Below, piece by piece: positions 25,658 through 38,480 of a stretch of DNA of 64,000 nucleotides (the stretch's first letter is position 1; every line of letters begins with the position of its first letter). The position numbers and the translations under genes are program-made. This DNA comes from Eledone cirrhosa. Its lineage: Eukaryota. The notes under the pieces were generated by a model. The model was not told the DNA's origin. It made no database searches and worked only from the letters and a program-made list of their open reading frames with translations. The stretch is taken from NCBI GenBank assembly GCA_964016885.1, contig OZ024740.1, forward strand, positions 337,528,001-337,592,000, read 5' to 3'.

Positions 25658-27348
25658 GTACGTATTTTTTCATACCTGCTTCTTCATTATGTACATTCCC
25701 CTCCATACACACACATACATATAATCTGTGTATTTCATGACTCATACCTGTTCACTTTCTTGCCATTTGTACATTATTCTATGTACTATACATGCACCTT
25801 TGATGAGTTGTAGTGCATCTCAGCACTGTACACAATAATTTTCATTATTATATTATTTCATTATCATTTTGTCGGTACATTTTTTAGGTGAGTCAGTTCC
25901 CATAATATTTGCTTGGTCTTCTAGACTATAAGATTTATGTGGAGGATGCCTAGCTAGAATATCTGCAGGTCAAAGTCTGAGGAGACAACAACTCAGAGGA
26001 TCTGGTATGAATTTTATTTTATTGCTTAGTCAGGACTGCCAAGACTGGTGGGAGGGAAGGAGAAAGTATCTTCAAACCAGGGAGTTGACTTAAATGCTTA
26101 CAACAGAGTCGATTCTGTTAAAATTATCCAAGGGCCAGATATGAGTGTTAAACTTGGTGACAGATTAAGTCTATCACTTAAGTGGGCTACAGGGGAATTT
26201 GAACTCAGAATGTAGAAACAAATACTGCCAGGTATTCTATCTGACATTAATGATTCCACCAGTCCACTATCCTAAACTGGTATTTTATTTATCGACTCTA
26301 GACGATGAAAAATGAAGTTGATTGTAGCAAGATTTGAACTCAGAATGCAAAGAGATGGAATAAATACCTTAAAGCATTTTATCCAAAGCTTTAATGCTAC
26401 TAAGTTCCCATATGATAACTGGCTACTTGCAAGAGCAAGCCCCACAAGTTGGAATGACTGTTCCAGCTTCCAGTGTGTCTCCCTCGCCATCCTCCGGAGC
26501 AACAATTTCTCCATTCTGTCTGCTTGGGCAATGAGGTGGACTAACCATTAAATAGTGAGATGTTAAACATGTTTAAATCACATACTTATTATAATTATTA
26601 TTGAACTCTGCTTGTTATGGATACTAAAGCAGCAAAAACACAGACGAGGGCTACTGAAACTGCTGACTCATCTGCAGTATTGTTATTGCAAAATGTTGGC
26701 ATTAAGTTAAAGAAAAGAAACTGTTAATGAATCTCCAATGAACTCACAAATACTTGCAGCTAGGGAAATTTATTAAAGGCACTGCAAAAACTAAGAGGCT
26801 CAGTGGGGTTGTTATTAAACTGGGTGGGAAAAAAAAACTCAAAAGGGTTTATTGAAACTTTATTTATATAGGTTTTTCATTTCTTTAGTCCATCAAATCA
26901 TTGTAGTCTGACCATGCTACAGCACTACCACAGGTACATCCTGGATACTGCAACAGTATATTTGAATGGATTTAATAAGTGCCTCTAGACTACATAGCAT
27001 AGTTGATCTTCAATGTAGAGAAACAGAGACAAGTATTATTTGAAAATTTCAAAAGGAACCATTAATAAGTATTTAAATCTTTTAGGTAAACAAGTTCATA
27101 TTTGGAAAGGTAAATAAAAGGAAATATCTTATAAATGCCATGCCTTTTATGTTGAGCACAGAGTTGAAGTCCATGTCCTGAAGGTCTTTTTCCTAACATA
27201 TTCTTTATTTCTTTTATATTCTTCAGTGGAAATATCTACAAAATGTTTAGTGTATATATTTTACTGATGGTATTGAAAGCAATAATGTATCTGTTTTTTT
27301 GTATGTGAGGTGTATATATATATGCATATGTATGTTATATGCATATAT

Positions 27349-27731
27349 ATCATCATCATCATCATCATCATCATCACCGTTTTACGTCCGTTCTTCCACG
27401 CTAGCATGGGTTAGACGGGTTGTCCTGTTGTGGGCAGTGTCTGGTCGGCTGACCATGCCTTGCTCATACAGGAACTGATCTGGCTTGATTTCTACAGCTG
27501 GATGCCCTTCCTAACACCAACCTCATTTACAGTGAGTGCTGGGTGCTTTTTCGTGGCGCCTACACGTCCACTTTACAGTGTGGGCTGGGTGCTTTTTTGC
27601 CGTGGCACCTCCACGGCCACCTTGCGGTGGAGGGGGGGGGGGGCATATTGTTTATATGCTTCAGCATGTACCCATGGGAGGTCGGGTACCCTGTATTACT
27701 GCGTGACGCCAGAAGTCACGGTCGTGTGTCA
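27349..27731 (-). mobile_element. 3' end of the young RTE family
   Basis: Nearly identical to the reverse complement of 56316-56693. Confidence 0.92.
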
Positions 27732-27749
27732 TATATATATATATATATG

Positions 27750-27975
27750 TGTCTGATGGTGGCTAAGATGCTTCGATAGGCGGTATGCCGGTTGAGCACT
27801 CTATGCTCTTACAGAGCAGAGTAATAGAAAACGAAAAATCAGTGATACATCTGAACTCAATTTATTGTGTGTTACAATTGTTCGCCGGCGGACAGCTGAA
27901 GACATGATCATTGTGTGGATCTGTCTGATTCTGGACCCGCAGGTTCGACGGACACGTCTAATGATTTTGGAGCAT
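27750..27975 (-). mobile_element. PLE pLTR-like unit with degenerate hammerhead (27869-27955)
   Basis: GTGT-CCGTCGA...GAAC-AATT-GTA-ACAC, then AATAAA and a tail; homologous to 5196-5425. Confidence 0.55.
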
Positions 27976-27977
27976 AT

Positions 27978-28073
27978 TCTTTGATTTAATTTTATAATAT
28001 AATATTATGAGTTGGTAGATCCATTGGATCTACAAACTCATAATATTATAATATTATAAAATTAAATCAAAGA
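27978..28073. repeat. Near-perfect AT-rich palindrome centred on ccattgg
   Basis: tctttgatttaattttataatat...gtagatccattggatctac...atattataaaattaaatcaaaga. Confidence 0.88.
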
Positions 28074-28156
28074 TTTTTTTAACACTACAAGTGAAGTCAT
28101 TCTTTTCCTTTTTTTCAAATATACCTAACTGTACCAAGGATCTCACACATTTTCCA

Positions 28157-28187
<31 letters not shown>

Positions 28188-28205
28188 TTATTAGCACTGA
28201 TTAAA

Positions 28206-28264
28206 AGTTTAAGCAAACAATTTCTGCTTTCATGCTTTCACCCTAATGTGGGATCTTTGAAACT
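28206..28264 (-). ncRNA. Degenerate CAGAAGA-family hammerhead-like copy
   Basis: Reverse complement agtttcaaagatcccacattagggtgaaagcatgaaagcagaaattgtttgcttaaact. Confidence 0.5.
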
Positions 28265-28569
28265 GAGATATATCAATCTATGGATGCAGATATATACATG
28301 CATACATATATCATCATCATCATTATCATCATTTAACATCTGTCTTCCCTGCTGCCAAGTGTTAGATGAACCTTCACATACCAGGTCAATAGTAATGTGG
28401 AGCTACTGACCTTTCAGATGGGCTGGTGGCTTGCATCTCTCTTATATATGTTCCTGCATCCTCTGAGTGCATGTTATGACACCAGGGAGGTTGTCTTATC
28501 TTTGACACAGCTGAATAGTCTGCCCAACCCTTTGTTTGGCAGGTTTTATTTAAATATATATATATAGAT

Positions 28570-29380
28570 AGATATCAGCTGGGTGAGAGTTGAAGAGTTC
28601 AGTGAAGAATTTAGTGTGCATGTCAGATCTCAGCTTCCTTCTATTATTAAAGTCCTTAAGACTATAAGAGGGTCTTTTAAAACTAGTTGTTCATAAGAAC
28701 CTTTATATGCAAATAATATAAAAAAGGATTAGGTAGTCAATATCCACAGTATATGGGTGCAGAAGAGGTGCAACTAGATCACATATAAGCTGACTGAGAA
28801 GATATACTTTGTATGTAGTAGAGGTACAGCTGTAATTAGCAGTAAGAGCATCCATAAAATAAATTCTTTCAAATACTCCAAAGGCTCTAAACCAGTACTT
28901 AATAGCTTTTGTTACCTAGATGATCTAATTAGCAATGGAAGTGAGTGTTCCAAAATCATAATAGCTACAGTGAGAACAGTGTGGAAAGATTTCAAGGAGA
29001 TATTGCATCTGTTGGCAACAAAAGATTTCAATATCTGAGTGAAGAATAAATGGTATGATACATATATGTGAAGTATGACATTGCATGGTAATTAGAATTG
29101 GATATTGAATGTAGAGGAAGATAGTTGAGAAGAAATGAGGCCAGCATACTCTGGTAGATATGTAATATTAGTGTGCCTGCATCAGAGAAAAATTAAGTAT
29201 AAGAGGAATCAGTTGTAGTGTGCAAGAGAGAAGACTGCACTGATATAGACATATGATATATATGGAAGATGACAATTGGGTAAAGAAGTGCCATGTGATC
29301 CAAATGGAAGGAACATAAAAGTGGGGAATTAGAGGAACAAATGGGAAGAAGTAGTGAAAGTTGATCCCTGAAAACTAAAC
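28570..29380 (+). mobile_element. Old RTE LINE fragment
   Basis: Decayed SFCYL.D, W.DFKE.L, ERRL.W and WVKKC segments. Confidence 0.75.
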
Positions 29381-29384
29381 CTTA

Positions 29385-29795
29385 TAATAGTTTCTGATTT
29401 AGGCACAAGGCCAACAATTTGAGGGGGAAGGAAAGTCAATTAAATCAACCCCAGTGAATTATTGGTACTTTATTTTATTGACCCCGTAAGGATGAAAAGC
29501 AAAGCTAACCTCGGTAGGATTTGAATTCAGATTGTAGAGGGCCATAACTCTATGCTGCAAAGCATATTGAGCGATGCTTTACTGATGCTGCCAATCCACC
29601 ACCCTACTAAATCTTATAATTGTTTCTAATTTTGGCACAAGACTAGCAATTTCCCAGTGCATTACTGGTACTTTATTTTATCGACCCCATAAGGATGAAA
29701 GGCAAAGTTAACCTCGGCGGGACTTGAACTCAGAATGGCAAGGGCTGTAACTCTATTCATCAAAGCATGGCATCTGACCTTCTACCGATACTGTC
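29385..29795 (-). mobile_element. Two tandem SINE family B copies
   Basis: Reverse complement similar to 6485-6672. Confidence 0.78.
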
Positions 29796-30179
29796 AAAAA
29801 GCTGGGATGAAGAAGATCCATCCAACACACACAAGCATAGAAAAATAGAAAAATAAATGTAGAAATGATGATGATGATGATGATATTCACTCATGATGAA
29901 TTCAATTCATTTGTTTGTATATTTTCCTTCAAAGACTACAAATAGTAAAACTGGAAATTAAATGCTGCTTTAAGAACACATGTTGTTCAACATCAATGAA
30001 TTATTAATGCATGTACAAACAATACAAACTTTTCAATCTGGCACAGTTGGAAGATTGTCACAACATGTAATAGTTCACATACATAGTACTTTAGAAGAAC
30101 TTACCAGCTAAGTCTATATCCACTCAGCATTTACCTTTATATAATCCCACCAACACATGCACATACATTGGTATATATC

Positions 30180-30725
30180 GTTTCATTTCGTTTTGTTTCA
30201 TTTTACGTCCACTTTTCCCTGCTTGCAAGGGTGGGACGGGAACTGATTCTGGCTTGATTTCTACAGCTGGATGCCCTTCCTAACACCAACCTTATTTACA
30301 GTGAGTGCTGGGTGCTTTTTTGTCGTGGCACCTCCACGACCACTTTGCAGTGGAATGATAGGGACCCCAGTCCCTATCATCTCATTTCTACAGCTGAATA
30401 AACTGGAGCAATGTGAAATAAAGTGCCTTGCTCAAGGAAACAACACATCACCCGGTTGATATATATATATATGGAGGCACATGGCTTAGTGGTTAGAGCA
30501 TTGGCCTTGCAATCGAAAGGTTGTGAGTTCAATTCTCAGACCGGGTGATGTGTTGTTTCCTTGAGCAAGACACTTCATTTCACATTGCTCCAGTTTACTC
30601 ACTGTAAATGAGGTTGGTGTTAGGAAGGGCATCCAGCTGTAGAAATCAAGCCAGAATCAGTTCCCGTCCCACCCTTGCAAGCAGGGAAAAAGCGGACGTA
30701 AAATGAAATGATGATGAAATGATGA
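30180..30725. mobile_element. Head-to-head pair of SINE family A copies (30180-30456 -, 30472-30725 +)
   Basis: Both match 178-519 and are separated by a short (TA)n. The + copy has an internal deletion and the - copy lacks the tRNA head. Confidence 0.88.
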
Positions 30726-30734
30726 TATATATAT

Positions 30735-31710
30735 ATATTAATAAAAGGAATTCCAACTTTGTCTGATTTACTCGTTTTATTTACAGTCCTTTAAAATTAT
30801 AATGATATTATAATGAAATAGTATGTAGAATATTAAATGTTAAATGTTAATTGAACAAGTACTTTCATGCTTTCGCAATCTTCAGGTTCATATTCAGTGG
30901 TGATAGTCAAGTTTGCAATTTTCAACTGTAATGAGATGGCTAAAGTATGTGCCTTATATACAGTAAAAAGGGGCTACAGAATGCCAAGTTTTGCAAACTC
31001 TATTTCAACCAATCGGTGTATGGTTTCACTAGATTACTAAAGTTGATTGGTTTAGGCGTCACGGTTGGTTGAGCATGTCTAACGACTTCTATTTGACCCT
31101 ATCCAAAGCATCAATTGTTTTGCTATTTTTAGAAATGATGAAAATAGCATTTTCTAGGGTTTTTATAAAAAATCTTCAGTAATCATCAACATCAACATCA
31201 CTTTTATTATTATTATTGTTGTTGTTGTTAGTTGTGGTAGTCGACATGGTCGTAGGCGTAGTCATAGAAGTAATACCCCATATTGGGTTGGAATTTATCA
31301 ATAACATTCTTTTCTTTGATTTTTCTCTTGATTTCACTTGGGCTGTGTAGTTTGTAGAATGGAAATATAAATATTTTCTGACCACATGTTGCTAGATGGT
31401 TAGTCAGGGGTATCTGACGGACATTTGGGTCTCTGATTTGCTGTTGGTGCACCCATGCATGTTCCGATAGTGCATTTCCAGTTTGACCAACATATAGTTC
31501 TTCACAATTCAGGCATTTAATGCACTAAATTAGATTTCTGCTTTTGCAGTTCATATTTGCACCCCTGAGTAACCATCTAGCAACATGTGGTCAGAAAATA
31601 TTTATAATATTTCCATTCTACATATATTTCATTATAATATCATTATAATTTTAAAGGATTGTAAATAAAACGAGTAAATCAGACAAAGTTGGAATTTCTT
31701 TTATTAATAT
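30735..31710 (-). mobile_element. 5'-truncated Penelope-like element (Neptune-like GIY-YIG plus pLTR) with inverted 5' segment
   Basis: Minus-strand NMNCKSRNLI*CIKCLNCEELYVGQTG...VHQQQIRD...PLTNHLATC...FPFY...KFQPNM. 31562-31710 is an inverted composite of about 31354-31410 and 30735-30820. Confidence 0.85.
30852..30890 (-). ncRNA. Minimal type I hammerhead ribozyme (39 nt)
   Basis: TGAAC-CTGAAGA-TTGC-GAAA-GCAT-GAAA-GTAC-TT-GTTCA: canonical core, GAAA tetraloop, palindromic AGTACT stem III. Confidence 0.85.
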
Positions 31711-31743
31711 AATCTTCTATACACAATCATACACACCTGTGTA

Positions 31744-31830
<87 letters not shown>

Positions 31831-31831
31831 G

Positions 31832-31863
<32 letters not shown>

Positions 31864-32330
31864 AATATATATTATATATGTACATGTGTGTGTATGTAAG
31901 TATATATACATATATACTTACATACACACACATATACATATATATATGTGTGTGTTTGTGTGTGTGTGAAAAGTAAACAAAAATAAAGCAAACGACATAG
32001 TTCATTGAAGAAATATATTAGTTTAATGCAGATCGGTAAATCTCCGGGTAACAGAATCCGGTGGTGAAGAGGGAGATGTAAGAGGAAATATAGAATGAGA
32101 TGTATAGTGTGTAGAGGAACGTAGGAAAGAGCGTATAAATAAAAATAATAATACGAGATAGAGTTACCTTGGAAAAGATTTAATTGTCCCTATATTTCGG
32201 ATTTCACATCCATCAACTAGGGATTTTTCTGAGGGGGAAAGTTATCTGTCGGAGAGGAACGGTACGTGGCCTCTGTTATCCGCCGTTTGTGTATATATAA
32301 ATATATATATACACACACATATATATATAT

Positions 32331-32617
32331 TAGAATAATATTAAGAAAGATGCTGATGTTACATATCAATCGTTTATTCATAATAATTATTTCAACGGTT
32401 CGCTTATGCAATCCAAGATGTAAATCCGATTTTGTGATATGCCGCAAGCAAAAACATGTTCTATTCATGCGTCTGGTTGATATGTCATCTGAGGATACCA
32501 TTCTCATAACAACAGCAAATGCATGAATTACATCTTGGATTGCATAAGAGAACCGTTGAAATAATTATTATGAATAAACGATTTATGTAACATCAGCATC
32601 TTTCTAAATGTTATTCT
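32331..32617. mobile_element. Fold-back pLTR-like element with hammerhead (32485-32573 +)
   Basis: Arms 32331-32423 and 32528-32617. Motif TCAT-CTGAGGA...GAAA-TAATTA-TT-ATGA followed by ATAAA. Confidence 0.72.
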
Positions 32618-32772
32618 TATACTGAATCTCCATCATAACTACAAACTACGTAAAGAGCTTTCTCTTGGTTGCTCCTGTTTTTATCAAAACAATCCCTACT
32701 GAACATATATATATATACATATATATACATATATATATACATATATATACATATATATATATATATATACAT

Positions 32773-33110
32773 ATGGAGGCACAAGGCTTAGTGGTTAGAG
32801 CATTGGCCTTGCAATCGAAAGGTTGTGAGTTCAATTCTCAGACCGGGTGATGTGTTGTTTCCTTGAGCAAGACACTTTATTTCACATTGCTCCAGTTTAC
32901 TCAGCTGTAGAAATGAGATGATAGGAACTGGGGTCCATATCATTCCACTGCAAAGTGGTCGTGTAGGTGCCACGGCAAAAAAGCACCCAGCACTCACTGT
33001 AAATGAGGTTGGTGTTAGGAAGGGCATCCAGCTGTAGAAATCAAGCCAGAATCAGTTCCCGTCCCACCCTTGCAAGCAGGGAAAAAGCGGACGTAAAATG
33101 AACTACTACT
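32773..33110 (+). mobile_element. Full-length SINE family A
   Basis: tRNA head, core and RTE-type tail; nearly identical to 178-519. Confidence 0.9.
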
Positions 33111-33187
33111 ATATATATATATATATACATATATATATACATATATATATACATATATATACATATATATATACATATATATATACT

Positions 33188-33362
33188 TTGGGAGCCCCTA
33201 CATGGACACACTAGAAGAGGAAGACCAAGGTTAATGTATGTTGATGCCCTAAGGACAGACACTGGTCTATAGGAGACGCAGGACATGGCAGCGATAATGA
33301 GGGACAGAGACCGCTGGAGAGAACTCGTCCATGGATCTCGGGAATTTTACCCGCCTTAGAAA
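33188..33362 (+). mobile_element. 3' end of another RTE-like LINE family
   Basis: WEPLHGHTRRGRPRLMYVDALRTDTGL*...MRDRDRWRELV; embedded in (TA)n. Confidence 0.75.
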
Positions 33363-33641
33363 ATAGAATATATATATATATATATTGTAAAGAGTCGCGA
33401 CTCGACGGCTGAGCTCTTATAAATTTTATATTTAGTAAATCAACCTGTTATGTAGTTGTGGCTGTTATTATATAAGTTTGTTTATCACGAACCTTAAGGA
33501 CCCTTATAATCAGTGCATTTGAATTGTATGCATATATATATATATATATACACACAACTCACACATATATACACATAGACATAGATACACAGAGAAGTAG
33601 ATATGCATCATGTATATATATTATTATTATATATATATTAT

Positions 33642-33837
<196 letters not shown>

Positions 33838-34168
33838 TACATAATATATAAAAAAATAAGATAAAAATGAATTATATTACGATTTGGAAATATATTCTAA
33901 CAATTACAAGCAATATAACTTTAAAGCAATATAATTTAAAAAAAATATAATTTAAAAAAATTACAGAATATCTTAAGATATAATTTTAAAATAAGAATAT
34001 ATATATATATATATATAAAATAAGAATATATATATATATATAGCTACAAGGATTGATTCCCATTGTCAGTTCCGTCACTACTCTCAACCACCAACACCAT
34101 TATAATTTTTCTAATGTTCATCATCATCATCATGTTTCTATTCCTTTTTTACTGTTGATTCATTTCAG

Positions 34169-34256
34169 AAGACACCAGAAGAAGACTATGGCCAGGTGGC
34201 CCTAAAAGCTGGTTACATAAAGGAGACACATGGAAATGTCACTATATATGTAAAAG
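34169..34256 (+). CDS. BAIAP3: Exon of BAIAP3/UNC13D-like gene (start of C2B)
   Basis: catttcag acceptor and gtcagt donor. 88 bp, KTPEEDYGQVALKAGYIKETHGNVTIYVK plus G, phase 0/1, compatible with the next exon. Confidence 0.82.
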
Positions 34257-34554
34257 GTCAGTGCATTACTGTTGTTGATTGTGATATCAATGTTGTAACC
34301 CATCCATTGCTACTTGGGATTGGTTTAACTATTTCAATCATTGAATGGTTGGTGTCACATCTCACTTAGGAATCTTCAAGTGGTTGTTTGGGATGCTAGT
34401 AACAGAAGTCACACTTCAATCAGATTACACCCTACTATCATAAGAAGCTGACCTTTAATTATAAGACTGTTCAGTCAATGCTGATTTAGAGCTAAACAAC
34501 AGTTTTAAATCTGTCAGACCCTTCATCATATATATATATAGAGAGAGAGAGAGT

Positions 34555-34690
34555 AACAATAAGAATTGCAGCTTTTTGTGAAACTTTATTTTATATTACA
34601 ATTGTTTCTATATCAATCAGCTCGAGTTTGATCATGCGATCAGATCCCGACTCTTAATCGACACAGCTTCAGATATGAGAGTTTACATAG
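34555..34690 (-). mobile_element. pLTR-like unit with long-stem-II hammerhead-like motif (34593-34676)
   Basis: ATAT-CTGAAGC-TGTGTCGATTA...TGATTGATATA-GAAAC-AATT-GTA-ATAT, then AATAAA. A9 of the core is altered. Confidence 0.6.
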
Positions 34691-34761
34691 GTGGTCCCAT
34701 ATATATATATATATATATATATATAACTATATATATATATATATATATAGTTATACTTGGG

Positions 34762-34851
34762 GAAAATCAATCTACTTTCATTAAAAATAATTTTAATGAC
34801 TTACAATTGTAAGTGATTAAAACTGTTTGTAATGAAAGTAGATTGATTTTC
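34762..34851. repeat. Palindrome centred on cttacaattgtaag
   Basis: gaaaatcaatctactttcatt...acttacaattgtaagtg...aatgaaagtagattgattttc. Confidence 0.85.
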
Positions 34852-35180
34852 TTTAAATACTTTTGAATGTACATGCTCTGCTAATTTCCTAAATGCATCA
34901 CAAACTTTTACCATGCTTTAACAAAACTCTTCTCTTAACACTTGTTTTGCATAATATATGCATTGAGCAACTGCCTCTTTCTGTGTCTGGCAAATACAAT
35001 CTATAAATCTGTCTCTACTCTCCTTTGAGAATTGATTGTATAGTTCCACTTTTGATATATATATATTAGAGTATAGGGTTAACAGAACAGGGATGTGTGG
35101 ATCACACCATGGTCTGTCGGTTGTGAAGCAGATAAAAGGAAGTGCTCAACGACCTGTGTAAATGGTACAAGATAGAGCAT

Positions 35181-35418
35181 TATATTAATAAAAGATTGGA
35201 GGTCATATTCAGTTGATTCAAGTTTATTCAAAACTCCGTTATACATATTTCACTGAGGTCTATCAGTTAAGATAGCCTGGGCTGTTGAGATGGGAAAACC
35301 TAAAATATTTAGGTTTTGCTGTCTGAAGAGCTCAGGCTATCATAATTGATAGTCCTCAGTGAAATATGTATAACAAGGTTTTAAATAAACCTGAATCAAC
35401 TGAATATGGCCTCTGATC

Positions 35419-35430
<12 letters not shown>
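35181..35430. mobile_element. Fold-back pLTR-like element with hammerhead (35319-35377 +)
   Basis: About 120-bp arms meeting near 35305. Motif CTGT-CTGAAGA-GCTCAGGCTATCAtaatTGATAGTCCTCAGT-GAAA-TATGTA-TA-ACAAG followed by AATAAA. Confidence 0.78.
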
Positions 35431-35458
<28 letters not shown>

Positions 35459-35604
35459 TATATTGGTCAGTCAATGGCAACATTGAGGACCGAATAAATT
35501 AAATTAACCGATATAAAAGACACAGAAGTGAAAAGCGAAAATCAACCAAACAGTGAGTGTGTTCTGTTATTAATTCTGGCAATATTACACAAATATGACC
35601 CTCC

Positions 35605-35640
<36 letters not shown>

Positions 35641-36563
35641 GGGGAGGGTCATATATATATATAGTAGTGAGTTAGAGCCTGACAACTGAGTTCTTGCCAT
35701 TTTGACAGTCTGGAATTTGTTGTTGAAACAGCAAGAGCACAGTAGACTTCTATATTTACACTCTGCTATCCCAATATCGAGTACTCTGTTGAATAATGGT
35801 TTTACTAGTTTAAAAATCATATAATCCTGATATATATATATATATACATATATATATAATGGATGAATATCTAAGATGAAAATGTTAAGACATTTTATTT
35901 AACATTACATGAGCTTCCACAAAAATGAGAGGTAAAACTACAAATGGTAAAAAAATCTTGCTTAAGCTTCATTGTTAAAATATAGATGTCTATATTTTAT
36001 AAACTGAGCATTGACTCGGTGGGATTTGATATTATACCTTAATTGCATTGAATCATGTTGTGATACAAAGATGTATTTTTACTGGCATTACATTTGTTTT
36101 ATATATTTTATGAAGTCTCTGATGAAAAAGGATTGAGTAGAATTAATATTTATTTCCAAATTCTTCAAGTCAAGGCTTAGATTATATACTTTGTCTATGA
36201 TGACCTGTTCAATGCTTGTTATCAGGGAAAATGGATGTTAAAAGATAAGGATGACATATATATACACACATATTTAATTGGCAGTAGCACTAAGAAAGCA
36301 TTTAAGCATAATAGAGGTATATACAAAAACATATATACGTATATATCCAATAAATATATGACTAGCTTCAGTATCAAAAAAAATATATTTTCCATGCCAG
36401 TACAAGCTCAAAATGTACTGGCATCTCTGTAATATAGTTACAGAGGAAAATAGAGAAAAATGTATTTTTCATTATGAAAAAATATTTTTCTTTGATAGCA
36501 AGGCTGACCATATGTTTTTTGTATATAAACACATAATATATATTTATATATGCTTTCATATAC

Positions 36564-36631
<68 letters not shown>

Positions 36632-36639
36632 GCTCTCTC

Positions 36640-36674
<35 letters not shown>

Positions 36675-37239
36675 TTCTATCTATCTATCTCTTTCTCTCT
36701 ATGTATGTATATATGTTGTGCGTGTGTGAGTATGTGTATGCATTCTTGTGTGTGTGCATAAATATATATTAATGGAGGTATTTTTATGTATAATATTACA
36801 TCGTGACATTCAAACATTAACTGAATGACCACTCAATATATTAAGTATAATAAACTAATATTTGAAGAAAAATGTCACTGTGACTTATAAGTTTATATGT
36901 GAGCATGTTTTTTGTGTGTATGTGTGTGTAATATCTGTATGTGTTATTTACTGCTGTACTAGTTATAACCTCCAGTATTTATTCTTTAAGTACTTAGAGT
37001 ATCTCCAATTTTGAATAAAAAACGTAGTCAATTATTTTCAGTTCTGGAAATTGAATTCTATTGTTAGTTGTCTGTGAGAAAAACCTTAGAAAGGTTTCTT
37101 CAATTTGAAAATTGATAGATAACAATTTTCTTATAGCAAAACCTCTTGCCTGTTCTGTTTTAGTTTATTTTACAGTTTGATTCAGAAAATAGTATACATT
37201 TTCTTTTGCTTAGTCAGGGAAGGATGAACCACAAGAGCC

Positions 37240-37742
37240 ATTTTTACTGGGTCACAAGAGTCAGCTTCAATGGGACACAAATACATATGTTCCCTTTGCT
37301 ACAGGTGCAGTGTTCAATTGGTCATAAGGGTAGAGTTAACTGGTTCATAATTTCAGTGGTCACTGGACCACAAATACAGTATTGACTGGGTCACAACTGC
37401 AACATTCACTAGGCCACAAATACTGTATTTACTGGGTCTAAACTGTAGAGTTCTCTATGCCACAATACAGTGTTTACTGGGTCACAACTGCAGTGTTCTC
37501 TAGACCACAAATACAGCGTTTACTGGGTCATGACTGCAGAGTTCACTTGACCACAAATGTAGTGCTTACTGGGTCACAACTGCAGAGTACACTAGGCCAC
37601 AAATGTGGTGTTTACTGGGTCACAACTGCAGTTTACACTCAGCCACAATACAGTATTCACTGGGTCACAACTGTAAAGTTCAATAGGCCACAATACAGTG
37701 TTTACTGGGTCACAAATGTAGAGTTCATTGGGTCATTGGGTC
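37240..37742. repeat. Minisatellite with ~42-bp unit made of two related ~21-bp halves
   Basis: Repeats of cagtgtttactgggtcacaactg and cagagttcactaggccacaaata variants. Confidence 0.85.
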
Positions 37743-38023
37743 AATTATATGTTAGTCATTATGTCACAAATGGTTTGCTTGATCATTAAGAGTTCCTTAA
37801 TCTTTAGGAGGCTGAAATTTTTTATGAATTGCTTCCCTTGACACTGTATTATGTATTAAGGGGAGATTACTCTATCAGTAAATTGCGTTGGCAACAGCAC
37901 CAAGAGGATTGATTATGATAGTAATGAAATCATGTCATTTAAAGAAAATCCCAAAGAATGATGCTAATATACTGAATCCACATTTATCTGTCTTGTAATC
38001 TCCAATTCTATCTTTGTTTACAG

Positions 38024-38186
38024 TAATCAATGCTAAGGATCTTCCAGGCTTGGATACAACAGGACTTAGTGATCCCTATATCATTATCACTCTACAGCCT
38101 CGAATTTTATTCCAAAATCTCAGGCCTCAGAAGACAAAAATTATTACCAAAACCTTGAATCCTGTTTTCAATTCTTCTTTTCAATT
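38024..38186 (+). CDS. BAIAP3: Exon of BAIAP3/UNC13D-like gene (C2B)
   Basis: tttgtttacag acceptor and gtgagt donor. Translates (V)INAKDLPGLDTTGLSDPYIIITLQPRILFQNLRPQKTKIITKTLNPVFNSSFQ, with classic C2 motifs SDPY and KTLNPVF. Phase 1/2. Confidence 0.92.
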
Positions 38187-38356
38187 GTGAGTGAAATTTC
38201 ATTCCTGTCAGCCATAATAAATATCACAACCCTTCCCCCTGCCACCATGGTCATTGTCATTGTTGTTTTCATCCTCATCATCATCGTCATTATGATCATT
38301 GTCACTATTTATCTTCCAACATAATTTTATAAGAACCATATGTTATCATTATCAAT

Positions 38357-38438
38357 GTCCTCCTCCTCCTCCTCCTCCTCCTCCTCCTCCTCGTCCTCCT
38401 CCTCCTCGTCCTCCTCCTCCTCCTCCTCCTCCTCCTCC

Positions 38439-38474
<36 letters not shown>

Positions 38475-38480
38475 ACATCA
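38357..38480. repeat. (TCC)n(TCA)n compound trinucleotide repeat
   Basis: Seen directly. Confidence 0.95.

Noticed and set aside
30472-30545. tRNA gene-like sequence
   Set aside because: It is the head of a SINE, continuing into core and LINE-derived tail in multiple copies.
37240-37742. CRISPR-like periodic repeat
   Set aside because: No unique spacers, eukaryotic context and no cas genes; an ordinary minisatellite.
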